From Blepharisma stoltei ATCC 30299 (taxonomy: Eukaryota > Protista > Ciliophora): DNA of 64,000 nucleotides. The notes under the pieces are model-generated. The model made no database searches, was not told where the DNA came from, and saw only the letters and a program-made list of their open reading frames with translations. Position numbers and translations under genes: made by a program. The stretch is from NCBI GenBank assembly GCA_965603825.1, contig CBFDEM010000013.1, forward strand, positions 434,001-498,000, given 5' to 3'. Shown here piece after piece: positions 1 to 11,580 of the stretch; within the stretch, counting starts at the first letter, position 1, and the number at the start of each line of letters is the position of its first letter.

Positions 1-118
1 CTTGTAATTGGCTCCCCATTTCTTTAGTTTTATCCCCTGCGACCTCTTGAATGTTCTTCATGCCCTCTTTCTGATCACCACTTTCGTATGGCTGATTTTT
101 TTCATTTTTTTCTGCCAT
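1..118 (-). CDS. 5' part of a hydrophilic hypothetical protein running off the window edge
   Basis: ATG at 118 after an AT-rich spacer; open frame MAEKNEKNQPYESGDQKEGMKNIQEVAGDKTKEMGSQLQ to position 1. Confidence 0.55.
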   Translation of the reverse strand, partial: MAEKNEKNQPYESGDQKEGMKNIQEVAGDKTKEMGSQLQ

Positions 119-268
119 TTAATTATTATGGTTTCTTTATGCATCATTCAATTTCTGCGATTTCCGAATACTCGGGCTTATAATTTATTTCAAATAGGAA
201 TCTTTAAAATAATTAAATATTTTGCCATATTTAATTATGAAAAGTTAATCTTTTTTATCTTAGTCATA

Positions 269-517
269 TTATTTTGTGTCAGAACTTTTAGGCATATGCT
301 TTTCCATCTCACTTTTGACCTCTTGCTTTATCTCATCGACTTTTGCTGCAGTCCGAGGCATCACTTTTGTTACTTCGTTGCTCACGCCTCTTTTAAGCTT
401 TTCACCTGCATGCTTTGAATTTCAGTAGCTATTCGGACTATATATTTGATAGCCAATAATTGCCGCTGATATTCCTCCTAGAACCCAGCTCATCCTTATC
501 CCTCCCATTCCGCTCAT
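269..517 (-). CDS. Small single-pass membrane protein (82 aa), not in ORF track
   Basis: MSGMGGIRMSWVLGGISAAIIGYQIYSPNSY(TGA=W)NSKH...SSDTK-TAA; one in-frame TGA; hydrophobic N-terminal segment. Confidence 0.6.
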
Positions 518-561
518 CTTTATTAATGGACATTATTATTTGAAATTATATTAGGTTATAT

Positions 562-3500
562 CTAAGTAGGTCTTGGGTGAGTTTGTTTGTCTCTAACTCT
601 ATCTTTATAAATATCAAGAAGAAATCTATAGTCGACCATTCCATCTTTCATAGCAACCCCGATGATCTTCCTCCATTGCTCATCACTCAAAGAAATTTCT
701 CTTAAAAATCCTGACAGCACGTCTTTAGCTTGCTGAAACTCTATTCTCCCGCCTTTGGCTAATGAGTCAAAAGCTGTCTGCAATAGTTTTCTGTTTTTGG
801 AGATCAGTTTGCAAATATCTTCATATTGTCTCGAGTCTTCCCATGTGTTTCTTTCTACATCTTTAAACGTATTCAGCCACTCTCTCATATCAAGGACACT
901 ATCTTTTCTGATATCAATAATATCAAACAAATCTTTGAGAATAGTAAAAGGTGGTGCTGACTCATTTGCTAGCTGGCAGAGTCTATTTACTAATGCTGTA
1001 AAATGAGCAAAAGTAAGTTTTCTGTTTCTTTCAGTGTCAAACTGATGAAAAGCGTCTTTTGGAGACAACATATATGAGTACATGTTTTGTCTTAATGTGT
1101 TTAATCGCTGCTGAGCAGTTCCTTTAATGATATGTTCAGTTTCTGGGGTCTTAAATCGTTTTTTAAACTCATCCCAGTCAATCAGTCCGTCGTTATTTGT
1201 ATCAATTCTTGCCTGGATCATATCAATATCTCTCGCTGTTAAGCCTATATTAAGCTTTCTCATTGCATTTCTGAACTCTGTGATTGAAATTTTCCCTGAT
1301 TGGTCAGTGTCCATTTGTTTGAAAATATCTTCCAGGCTGTATGGGCTTGCCCTTATAAGTCCTTGTAGTACTCTTAAGGGATCTTCATCAGTCTTAATAG
1401 ATGATTGGGTCAAAGTAGATGTGGAAGGTCTGGAAGAAACTTTGCTTGAACGGGTGCCTGAAAAAGTACTCATGAATTTGCCATGGTCGAAATGGGTCTT
1501 AAAATCTTGGAATCCTATGAGTGAGCTGCTATTAGAGATAGTGTTTCAGACCCTCGTCAACTCACTTTGATCGAATCGTTTAGGAATTAAAGAAACAATG
1601 GCTTGCTCAAATTCAGACTTTGTCAGCTTGTTTTGAGGGTAGCCTTTATGATAGCTCAAAAAGAAATCAAATGCTGCATTTATGTCAGAAAAATTGCTTC
1701 GAATTGCATCTTTAATCTCTTGCATACATTGACTGGAGTAGTTAAACCCTCCAAGTCCTAAATCCCAATCTTGGTCAGAAATGTATCCTTTCTTATGAGG
1801 ATCTAAGTATGCAAAGAGCTGCTGAATGAGCTGTTGAGTCAAATTGAAGCCAGATAAAGCTTGGCTATCAGATAGCCACTTGGAAAATTGATCCAAAGTA
1901 ATTTTCCCAGTATCTCCTGATACACTATCAAAAGCTGCCCTATAGCTGGCAAAGTGTCGGGAAATATAAATCCCCAGTTGTTGCTTTGCACTTTCTCTCC
2001 AATCAGCGTTTCTTTTTTCTTCAAAAAGTGTTTTAAAATCTGACAGCTGGATTAAATTTCTTTTATAAGTGTCCAGAAGCTTGTACAGCCTGTCAATTTT
2101 ATTTGAGTTACACTCTTCTTCTTTGACTTTCAATACATTGAGGACTCCATATCTCAGATCATCTTTACTGATAATGCCATCAAAGTCTTTATCAAAAGCC
2201 CTGAAGGCTTCTTCAATTGTTACGTTTTCACTTGAAATCCACTGACGAAGCTTGCTGAGGGTTTCTGATTCCCAGTTTCAGCTGTCTTGAGTCTTGGGGG
2301 GCTCTATATTGGCATCTCTTACTACTGCTGCAAAAGCGTCAAAGTCAATCAGCCCTATTTTCTGCTTATCCATAATAGCAAAAAGTCCGTCCTTTATAGG
2401 CTGAGATAAAGTTAACAATAAGTCAAGCCCATCTGAGAAATCTTTGGAAGATAAAACACCGTTTCTTTCTCTGTCAAACAGCTTAAATGCGTCTCCATAA
2501 CTAAGCTTTTTTCTTATCAAAGTATTTCGAATTTCACTTATAACTGACTTCGCTCTATCAGATGGAAGCGGTTGACTAGGAAAAGGAGCAGAAGCATTGA
2601 TTTCTGCATATGATGAGCTTGAAAGGACTGAATAGATATCTTGAATATCAATAAACCCATCTTGATTTACATCAAATTTCAGTGCCACATCAATTATTAC
2701 ATACCGTGACAATCTTTGTTGCACTTTAGTTAGCAAAAAATCAGCGAATTTTTGCACTGGGACTCTTCCGCCCATTCTTTTTAACAGCAGCTCTGGTGTC
2801 AAATTATTTTGCTTCAAAAATATTTGTAGCCTCAATATTGTTGCCTTTAGAGGATCTTGAGGTGGCAGTCCAGGCCCTTCAAGCTTGTCTAAAAACTCAT
2901 TAAACTCGATAAGATTTGTGCCTTTATTCAAAATATTGCCAAGTCTTTCTATATCTACAGCCTCAATTCCTAAGTTTGCTTTATAGATGCAGTCTTGGAA
3001 TTTATTTATATCTAGCTTCCCTGTATGCTTCGTGTCAGCTTCCTCAAATAGCTTTCTCAAAGCTTGAGTATCCCCTTGCATTTTCTGTTCAATTTTTCTT
3101 AAAATGGCATCTTTTCAGTCTCCATCGTACTCTATAGGAGTTTGGGATACTTGGACCAAAAAATCTTGGACATCTATAAAATCACGTTTTCCAGCTGCGT
3201 TCCTCGCAACATCGACAGCATTTCCCACAGTTAAAGATGGGTCTATTCGTTGTAAAGCTTGAGCCATTTCTTGAATACTCAACCTTTGTCTACCTTGAGC
3301 ATTGATTTTTATTAATATGTCTTCAGGTTTAATTTTATGCGAAATTATTGTATTACGGAGCGCCTGAAGTGGGCCAGCTTCTTCATAAATTTTATTTCTT
3401 CATTCATTTATATCAATGACGCTATCATTATTGCTATCAAAATTCTTGAACAGAATATCAGCATCTGAAGATACGAAGTTAAATTCTTCCATCGCCCTTC

Positions 3501-5574
3501 TCCACTGGTCTTTATTAATACTTTTACTTGCCTCAGAAACCATTTTCAAGTGCTGAAAGCCTTGCTCTGCAGTCATTTTTGAACTTCTCAGCCAATTTTT
3601 GATTTTTCTTAAGCATCTCTCAGTGGTCTGCTTCGGCGCCTCAAACACTTGAAAACCTCTACAAAATTCTCCTTCAGAAATTTCATCCCGATCTTTATTG
3701 ATTTTCCTGAACGCTTGATCTGCTTCAAAAGCTTTTATTCTTCCCCCACTTTGCTCACATATATAATTAACGAAATTTTGTTTGGTTAGCACGTTTCCCT
3801 TAGTAGCCCTTTTGAAAAAGTCAGGCAACGAAAACTCCTTTAAATATCCTCTAACTTTATCAGAAATTTCATCTCTTGGACCTGGAACTGACCGTGGCAT
3901 TTTAGTTTCACTCATAATGTCGCTAAAAACTGACACATTTGAAGATGAAGGCGCAATTATATTCCTTGCACATTTTATAAGATCAAGTGGAGATGCTGAA
4001 ATTAAATTCCCCTCCCTTAGTACTGCTTTAAGCTGATGGATATTAATAGTGATTCCTGCTTTTTTCATAATTGATAGTAACTCTGACGGGCTTTGAGAAA
4101 CTCTTGGCCTCATCCCTCCCGATTGAGATAATGAAGTTATTACTAGTTTTTTGTCCCAAATAAGCTGGGCAATCGGAATTACTGCAAATCTATCGTAATT
4201 TGCAGTCAAATCTGAGGCAACTGAGACTTTTGATTGATGCACTTTAGGGGCATTCATTCGCTGCAGTTCATCAATAAACACTTTGTATCTTATTTTATGG
4301 GCAGATTTGCAGTTTGTGGCAGCGACTAAATGGTTGAGGTTTTCTTCAGTAACTAGAGGACTTCCTAGCATTTTGGCAGATTCAAAAAACTCTTCAGTTG
4401 AAAGAAGCCCCTTGCCTGAATGATCTTTGGCTTGACAGATTAAGGTAAACTTAGCTTGATTTTCAATCAAAAAACTCATGAGGCTAACAGGCTCAGGTCT
4501 AAAACTTGTTAATGATTTGGCTTGTCTTGCTAATGGTTTCTCTGTAAAATTATGAGCTGAGCTAGGTCTAATTGGGCTTTCTGGACTTCTAAATGGCTGC
4601 TCATCTGTAAGCCTTGATTCAACTTTATTTGGATGTGCTGATGAAGGTCTTGGCCTTACTGTTTGTTTTGGATGCTGTGGCCTTTCCAACTCAATTTTCC
4701 TGCTTTCAGGCTCTTTAGTCATTGGGCCAAAAGCTTCCTTTTTTTCATCAAATCTTGACTTTTCCATATCTATACTTGAGAGCTCCAAAGAAAGGTTTTT
4801 TTCTTGAGATTCTTGATTTGGCTTCATTTCAAAACTCTCCATCGTTTTCTCAGGATTTCTTGGATTTGAAGGTCTTACCAAGTCGTTTTTTGGCATTGCG
4901 AAATCAGCAGTCGGCTTGTTGTCTTCAAATTTGAATCCTTCGAAATTCTTCCATCCAGGCGATGCTGATTGAGCTCTGTTTCTAAATTCACTTGTTTTCT
5001 CTGTGCCTACGCGGGCAGTGCTAGGTCTTAATTCAATTCCTAGTGTGTTTCTTAACCACTTTTCTCCATCCTCAGTAATTATCCCTTGTGGCGGGACTTC
5101 TTGGAATTTTCTTTGAAACACAACTGCTATAACTTTATTTTTGGCAACTAAGCTGCCTAATCCAGGGATTTCCACCCTAATATCTTCATTCTGCTTAAGA
5201 GAATCGCTGATTTTTCTAATTTCTTGATCCAACCGTTTTTTGATTTCATCTTTATTGATCCCAGAACCAGCTGAAAGCTCCGCATAATTTATCTTTACTG
5301 TAGGTACGCTACCTCCAAACCCTTTATTTGAATAAGGCCTAACTCCTGTTGAGTGAGCTATTCCTGAACGAACTCCAGGCGCTAATTCAGATGCAACTAT
5401 AAAAACTGGCTCTCTTTGATCGCGATTTGATAGTGCCTGAGTTGTCACACCGTCTAAAGAAACCTGCGAGGTGAACGTAAAAGTCCCGAATTTTGGGATG
5501 ACCACACCTTTTTTCCTTGTGAGGCTTTGGATAAGATATCTTCCTAAGGCTGCCCAAACTTGAGAGTCTTCCAT
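562..5574 (-). CDS. Large protein (~1670 aa) with CCDC81-like HU-fold N-terminus and many EF-hands
   Basis: ORFs 3400-5574, 2278-3081, 1546-2133 and 562-1473 share one frame and are separated by TGA codons; ends TAG; EF loops such as DTDQSGKISITEF, DTNNDGLIDWDEF, DVNQDGFIDIQD; N-terminal KKGVVIPKFGTFTF and VEIPGLGSL resemble CCDC81 HU domains. Confidence 0.85.
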
Positions 5575-5697
5575 TTTTAAAGAATAGAGAATAGAACTAT
5601 TGCTTTCTCAAACTGAAATAATTAGAAACTGCTTTTTGAGCTTTATCTTAGAATTACATTTCTATTTATAATCTTTTTCAGTATTTCCACAAATAAA

Positions 5698-6156
5698 ATG
5701 CAAAATGATGTGAGAATTATCCAATTGTACGGAAGAAATAAAACGCCTGTTGAAGGCTTATCTCCAAGAAGAAAAAGAAGCTATAAGATCACAGCAAATG
5801 CCAAGCTTTGTAAAACATCAAAACCTGTGACTCCTATAACATCAAGATCACCGATCTATCCAACTTCAGATGAAAATCGATATTTATCCCCGTCACTCTT
5901 CAGGTGTGGTGAATTATTAATTCCTATAATTTCTTCCCCACAAGTTCAGAAGTCAAATGCACAAATTGTAAAAAAATTGCAATCATTTAAAAAAATTGGA
6001 TATCAAACTTCTAAAAATATTAGAAAAGATGCACGAAATGATATTAGTATTGCATCGTTTAGAGTCAAGCATTCAACATCAAGAATTAAGCAGCTTCTGG
6101 ATGCGAAAACGTTGATATCACAAAATGAAATATTAAGCACTGCATCAAATTATTAA
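5698..6156 (+). CDS. Hypothetical basic protein (152 aa)
   Basis: ATG-TAA ORF flanked by AT-rich spacers; no recognisable domain. Confidence 0.65.
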   Translation: MQNDVRIIQLYGRNKTPVEGLSPRRKRSYKITANAKLCKTSKPVTPITSRSPIYPTSDENRYLSPSLFRCGELLIPIISSPQVQKSNAQIVKKLQSFKKIGYQTSKNIRKDARNDISIASFRVKHSTSRIKQLLDAKTLISQNEILSTASNY

Positions 6157-6388
6157 ATTATTAGTGGGACTTTATGTTAAATAACTTGGCTTGATAAGTC
6201 TCTATGGTTTCAGATAGATTCATTTAGGAATAGATTATCTGATGAGATCTAGTAAAAATTAATTAAATACAATATAGCAAGTAAAAAAAAAACGATCCAA
6301 AAGCAAAGGCTTATATCAATAATCGTGAACAAAAATGAAACTAAAAATAACTTTTATTATAAAATTAAGATAGCATCATTCATAAATC

Positions 6389-7887
6389 ATGAGCTCTATA
6401 AATCGATTTAAAAAAAACGCATGCACTTGCAAATTTTCTAAATGCAATCAAGAAGCTGAATTCTCTTGCAAATGTTCAGAATCATTTTGATGCAAAAATC
6501 ATATTAAAACTCATCAAATTTCTTCAACAAAAGTGCATTTAGTAAATTCACTGCTTATTGGTGTTTATGATTTAACCAAAAAGGCAATTATGAAGGTCTT
6601 AGCAAAAGAAAGATCCAAACTTCGTGAAATGAATACTAAAATCCAGGAATTTATATCTGAAAATAATTTTAGTTTTAAAGCAATATTGAGCGTAACCTTG
6701 AAAGAAATCACAAATAATATCATTTTAATTGATCAAATTTGTGTTGAACTTATGAAAACTAAAAAAATACACAAATTCGAAAAAAAAGCTTTTCTGAAAG
6801 CTTTGATTCTAAGTCCGCAGGAAGGAATAAGAGTAATCAAAAAATTGTTGAATTGAAATTGAAGCTTCGAAAATGATGATTTCTATATCACTACTCTTAA
6901 GACATTAAAAAGTAAGCAAATCGAAATTCAAGAATTTGAAAACTGAATTTTAAGCTTAGAAACCTTTGCCAGGGATGATGATATAGAGACTATCAATAAA
7001 TCATTAAAAGATGAAATCGATTTAAAATTCAATTTAAACTTCAATACAGACAAATTGTTGATTTATTTGTGCATAAGTGAAAAAATCAAATCAAGTTACC
7101 AGGAATACTTAGAAAGATATGAAAATATTAATAGAGTATTGAAAAGATATATAGACAATCTAAGCTATGATACAAACAATTTATATCATATAAATTTCAA
7201 AGATGATATCACTGGATTGTGGACTATTAATATCGAGACTAGACTAAAAGAATGACAAAAACTTCCAACTCCATATATAATGGGTTATCGAGACTGCGCT
7301 GTGAAGCTTCCAAACTCTGAGCTGTTTTGCTTTGGGGGCTCTAATATTAATACTGGCGCTGCTTATATACTAGACCTTCAATCTTGAACTATTCGAAAAT
7401 ATTTACCTTCTACAAATCCACGTATCCACTCAGGAGGAATTTTCTATAAAAATGCTGTTTATGTTTTTGGAGGACAAGATCGCAACTCTTTTGACTGCCG
7501 CGATGTAGAAAAATTTGATTTAGAGAAGAATAAATGGGTAATAGAAAACTATATAGATACGATTTATTTATTGAGAGCTGTTCATTAATTGCTTCAGCTG
7601 AATTAATTATGAATCGCAGTAAAATATTACTCTCTCGAAATTCAAGGCTTTATATTATCCAGCAAAATGGTCCAATTCTTGAGAGCGAAATAGAAAATGA
7701 ATATATGTTTAACAGTATTGGCATGAGCAATATGACTTATTCTTACAACAATTCTAAAGTATTTATTGGAAATATTGCTTATTTATCTATATTTTACGAA
7801 CTAGGAGTCCATTTATACCGGTTTAATTTATCGGACGGTAGCATGATAAAATTGTCAGTATTTCAGAAAGTAGCGCAGCTTCCTTAG
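6389..7887 (+). pseudogene. B-box-like zinc finger / coiled-coil / Kelch-repeat gene, truncated or internally deleted
   Basis: Frame from ATG 6389 reads through several TGA: CKFSKC...CKC...WCKNHIKTH, then Kelch motifs LFCFGG, VYVFGG and VEKFDLEKNKW; stops TAA 7586-7588. Kelch-like sequence (KLYRYD...) continues in another frame to 7887. Confidence 0.6.
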
Positions 7888-7972
7888 CTTTTTGCTATCT
7901 CAATATAACGAGCAGCATAAATGCAAAGTAATTCAAGTAATTATTCTATAATGCTTCCAATTAATTTTTTAA

Positions 7973-9301
7973 ATGGATTCTTACACTGAAAGAGGCCTCG
8001 AAGAAAAAATCGCATCAATTCGAGCAACTCTTAAGCGTCTTGGTAGCTCATTGGAAGAAGATGTAATAGCTACTCAGGAATTTGAAGAAGGTGGAACAGG
8101 AGCTGTTGCAAGCTCGCACTCAAAATATAGTCAAGATTCAGACTCGTCAGATTCCAATTCTTTTAATATTCCTGCTACATTCGATGCCTTGAAAAATCGC
8201 CAGCAGGAATCATACACCCCAGAAGATCCTTGGGAATCTAAGTCCACACTTGACTACGAAAAAGAAAAAAATGCGCTTCTTGAAAAACAAATAAAAGAAA
8301 AAGACCAAACTATCAAAGATTTAATGGCTTTGCAGAGCGGCCTAAAGGATTCGATTGAAAAAAACCTTGAAGATCTTAAAAAAGCCCAAGATGAAGCTTA
8401 TGGCTATAAGCAACAGTTAGACAATTTGAATAACGAAAATAATGGGCTCAGGAGAATATTAGCCGAAAAAGATAGAGAAATTGCAAAATATCGCAACGAT
8501 TTTGAAAATTTTAAAAAAGAAAAAGAAGCAAGTATGAAGGAGTTTGAACGGACCAGAAGACAAGCAGAAAAAGTTGAGGAATTATTTGAAGAAGTCAATC
8601 GATTGAAAGACTTGAATCATGCTTTGAAATCAAGAAGTGGAGAAATAGCGCAAGATCCTAGTAATAGCAGAATTATAAGTTCTTATCAAGAGCAATTGAA
8701 TATCAGAGACTGCCAAATTAATGAATTAGAGAAAGAAAGATTGGTGTTATTAAAAGAAATTGATAGAATTAAATCAGAAAAGCGCCGAACCCCTCCAATC
8801 AAATTATCTAGGGACGAAAATTATTTAGAAGACACCCAATCAAAAGAAAAGGTTTCTGCCCAACCTTTGACGGAACGAGCCCAAGCTGCAAGCTCTTATA
8901 AAGAATTGTGCAAAGACATGATGAAAATATTAAGCGTTTCACATAGGAAAGACCTATTTTCAAAAGTTTTACATCTTCAGCAATTTCATGAAAAATTTAA
9001 AAAAGAGAAAAAGCTTATCAATAATATAGCAAATCTCATAATAGATTGCTCTCCTCCAAATTCCTTTGAAAAGAGTCCAAACGTTCATCAAATTTGGAAA
9101 TGATTTACTAAGATTTTAGAAGAATATATGAAACTAAAGCAATCTCCTTATCAAGATATCATAAATGAGCTATGCAACATTGTTAAAACAGATCCAATTA
9201 ACTTAATTGACGATGTAAAAAACGTAATTTCTGATAACTACAAACTGAAAAGCCAGAGGCAGCGTCAAGATTTTCCTACAAGAGAAAGGAAATTAAGTTA
9301 A
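7973..9301 (+). CDS. Coiled-coil protein (442 aa)
   Basis: ORF 7973-9103 continues through TGA (IWK-W-FTKILEEYMKLK) to TAA 9299-9301. Confidence 0.8.
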
Positions 9302-9331
9302 ATTTTATGATAAATCAATATAAATTTTGCA

Positions 9332-9745
9332 TTATTCAGTCATACTTAGCGTAAGTACATTGTGTGAGCACAAAAGTGCTATTTTTCTTCGAAACTCAAA
9401 AGGACCCATCAATAATATTTTTGATCCTGGGTTCGGCTTATCTTTGATCTCCTCGAAAGGCTGATACTCCATTCCCTTAAAGATTAACTTTCCATCAGTG
9501 AGAGTCATCAAAAAGCACCGGATTTTTCCTTTTTCATCGCACTCCCTCCTTGAAATATCTTTGCAATCTATTATCTCAGCAACACAGTTTTTCTGAAACA
9601 TCCCTCGATCAGTTTCTCCTTCCTCCAAGCCTGAGTTCACAATATTCCCGATGGGATTATCCAGCAGAAAATTCCAGGCTTCTTCCTCACTTGAAAAGCT
9701 CCTTTTTAAGCTTATCGTGGTATCTCCTATTTTCAGAAAATTCAT
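9332..9745 (-). CDS. RMI1/TDRD3-type N-terminal OB-fold protein, minimal (137 aa)
   Basis: RCFLMTLTDG...KGMEYQP...PGSKILLMGP...RRKIALL...NV matches the RMI1_N OB-fold pattern. Confidence 0.7.
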   Translation of the reverse strand: MNFLKIGDTTISLKRSFSSEEEAWNFLLDNPIGNIVNSGLEEGETDRGMFQKNCVAEIIDCKDISRRECDEKGKIRCFLMTLTDGKLIFKGMEYQPFEEIKDKPNPGSKILLMGPFEFRRKIALLCSHNVLTLSMTE

Positions 9746-9774
9746 AGCGGCAAAGTATTTAATTCTAATTAGCG

Positions 9775-10317
9775 TTAGATTAGTGGTGAATAATTATATT
9801 CAGCCTTGTTATGCATTATGAGTTGATCCCCGACAAAATAAAAACTATCAGATCTGGTTTCCCAAGGGTTGTCTACCATTTGTTGCATAAGATCTTCAGG
9901 CAGCTCAGGGATTTCGTATATCACTTCCCATGAGTTCCTGGTATTTGGGATGCAGAAATCTAAAGTGAAATCAAAATTCTTCAGCAGGGTATTCCTAAAG
10001 TAGTGTCTTTCAATCATTCGGAAGTTTCTTACCTCTCTGCTACCTACTGTGAAGTCAATTGTACTACCCAATGCTCGGAGCCTAAGAAAATCAGGCCCTA
10101 AATGATATTTAATCGTCCTCACTGAGTCATCTTCTTCAATTGGTTCTGCTGGAGCTTCATTGTCATTTTGGACCTCAAAAAGAACCATACCTGATTCCAG
10201 ATCTCGAACTTTGAAGTATACGAATTCTATATTGTAAACATTTGCAGAAAGGGGGCAGAGGAAGCTTTGAGTGGCTTCTGCCAATTGTAAAACATAATCT
10301 GGAGTGATACGGTCCAT
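9775..10317 (-). CDS. UNC119: UNC119 myristoyl-cargo carrier (GMP-PDE delta family)
   Basis: FLCPLSANVYNIEF, NFRMIERHYF, FDFTLDFCIPNTRNSWE, ETRSDSFYFV..LIMHNKAEY. Confidence 0.95.
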   Translation of the reverse strand: MDRITPDYVLQLAEATQSFLCPLSANVYNIEFVYFKVRDLESGMVLFEVQNDNEAPAEPIEEDDSVRTIKYHLGPDFLRLRALGSTIDFTVGSREVRNFRMIERHYFRNTLLKNFDFTLDFCIPNTRNSWEVIYEIPELPEDLMQQMVDNPWETRSDSFYFVGDQLIMHNKAEYNYSPLI

Positions 10318-11003
10318 TTTAATTCTATTAAGGAAAGCTGAAAGAAAATATCCCGAATTTTAAGCGAAACAAAGAAAATACATATAGAATTAAAGGGCGC
10401 TTCATGTATAGAAAGCATTTCAGTTTTTACATATAGAAAGATTTAAATACTCTGCCCGCGTTAATTTTAATGACGAGTTTTTTTTATCCCTATTAATGTT
10501 TTTAATGGGTGTGATATGATTAGTAATGCTTTGCGAGAATTCTAATAAAATATTTAAAAATAATTTATTTATTTGTGTCTTTAGCAACTTCTTTGCGTTT
10601 CTTTAAATCTGATAACTGCAAACATTTAATTCACTCATAATATAATAAATCAATCTTTAAAATACCATCTGTTTTTAATAAGCCTTAGACTTAAACATTT
10701 ATTTAAGATAGCTAGCCTTGTGGTAGCTCAATATCTTTTATAATTTTTTTAAAATAATGTAGATATTTTTAATTAAAATAGATGTTCATTTTCAGATACA
10801 TTAATTTTTTTCTTTATTGTTTTAATGACTAATCAAAATTTATCTCGATGTATCTAATTTATTTATTTGGCAGCTGAATGATTATATAATGGTTTATAAT
10901 AATCTGTTATTTAAAATTATACCACTTCAGCGGTGTCAATATATTTATTTATCATTCACATAAAGAGAAACGCTATAGTTTATTATAATTCAATTGCTTA
11001 AGC

Positions 11004-11558
11004 TTATTGAGGTGGCTTTGCTAGGCGTGGAAGTGGCTTTGGCTGAGAATTTGTAACTGTTTTATTTGTAGATGCTCCTGATAAGGAAATTGACTGTCCC
11101 TGTCCCAATTGCAAATGAGATAAGTCTGGGCCAGGGCTGGACTGATGTAAAACAGCCTGCTCTTCATTCTTTATTTGCCCAGAAAAGTCAACCAAAGCTG
11201 CCCAGAAGTCAAAGGCATCATTTCTTTCATCAAATCCCATTCCTATGAACGCATGAGCTCCGTTAGGTCCCACCACTCTTAGCACAAAATATCTCGAGCT
11301 GTCAGTAGCCCTTTCCACTGACCTTTCAACTGCATGAGGATCAACTGGGCAGGATACAAATAGTTGGTTATCATTCGTAATTAATTGTATAGCGCACTTA
11401 TTTTCTGACGCAATCACTCTTACTTTTCCTTGGAAAATGCAGTTTTTCCACTCTGCGGCCATATGGCCAGTTGATCTGGCTGACGGTGGGATTTCATAAG
11501 CTCTGCACATAGGTTTCTGCACAAGCGTGTATTCTATTGTATCATCAAGTAAGTCCAT
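11004..11558 (-). CDS. NECAP: NECAP (adaptin ear-binding coat-associated protein, PHear domain)
   Basis: YEIPP...GHMAAEW, VERATDSSRYFVLRV, HAFIGMGFDERNDAFDF. Confidence 0.92.
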   Translation of the reverse strand: MDLLDDTIEYTLVQKPMCRAYEIPPSARSTGHMAAEWKNCIFQGKVRVIASENKCAIQLITNDNQLFVSCPVDPHAVERSVERATDSSRYFVLRVVGPNGAHAFIGMGFDERNDAFDFWAALVDFSGQIKNEEQAVLHQSSPGPDLSHLQLGQGQSISLSGASTNKTVTNSQPKPLPRLAKPPQ

Positions 11559-11580
11559 TTTCCCTATTATATTAATTCCA

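Noticed and set aside
8-418. This and the other antisense or out-of-frame ORFs in the track (e.g. 755-1006, 1127-1570, 26569-27138, 32861-33331, 61983-62177)
   Set aside because: They are shadows of better-supported genes on the opposite strand or in another frame, often with non-ATG starts.
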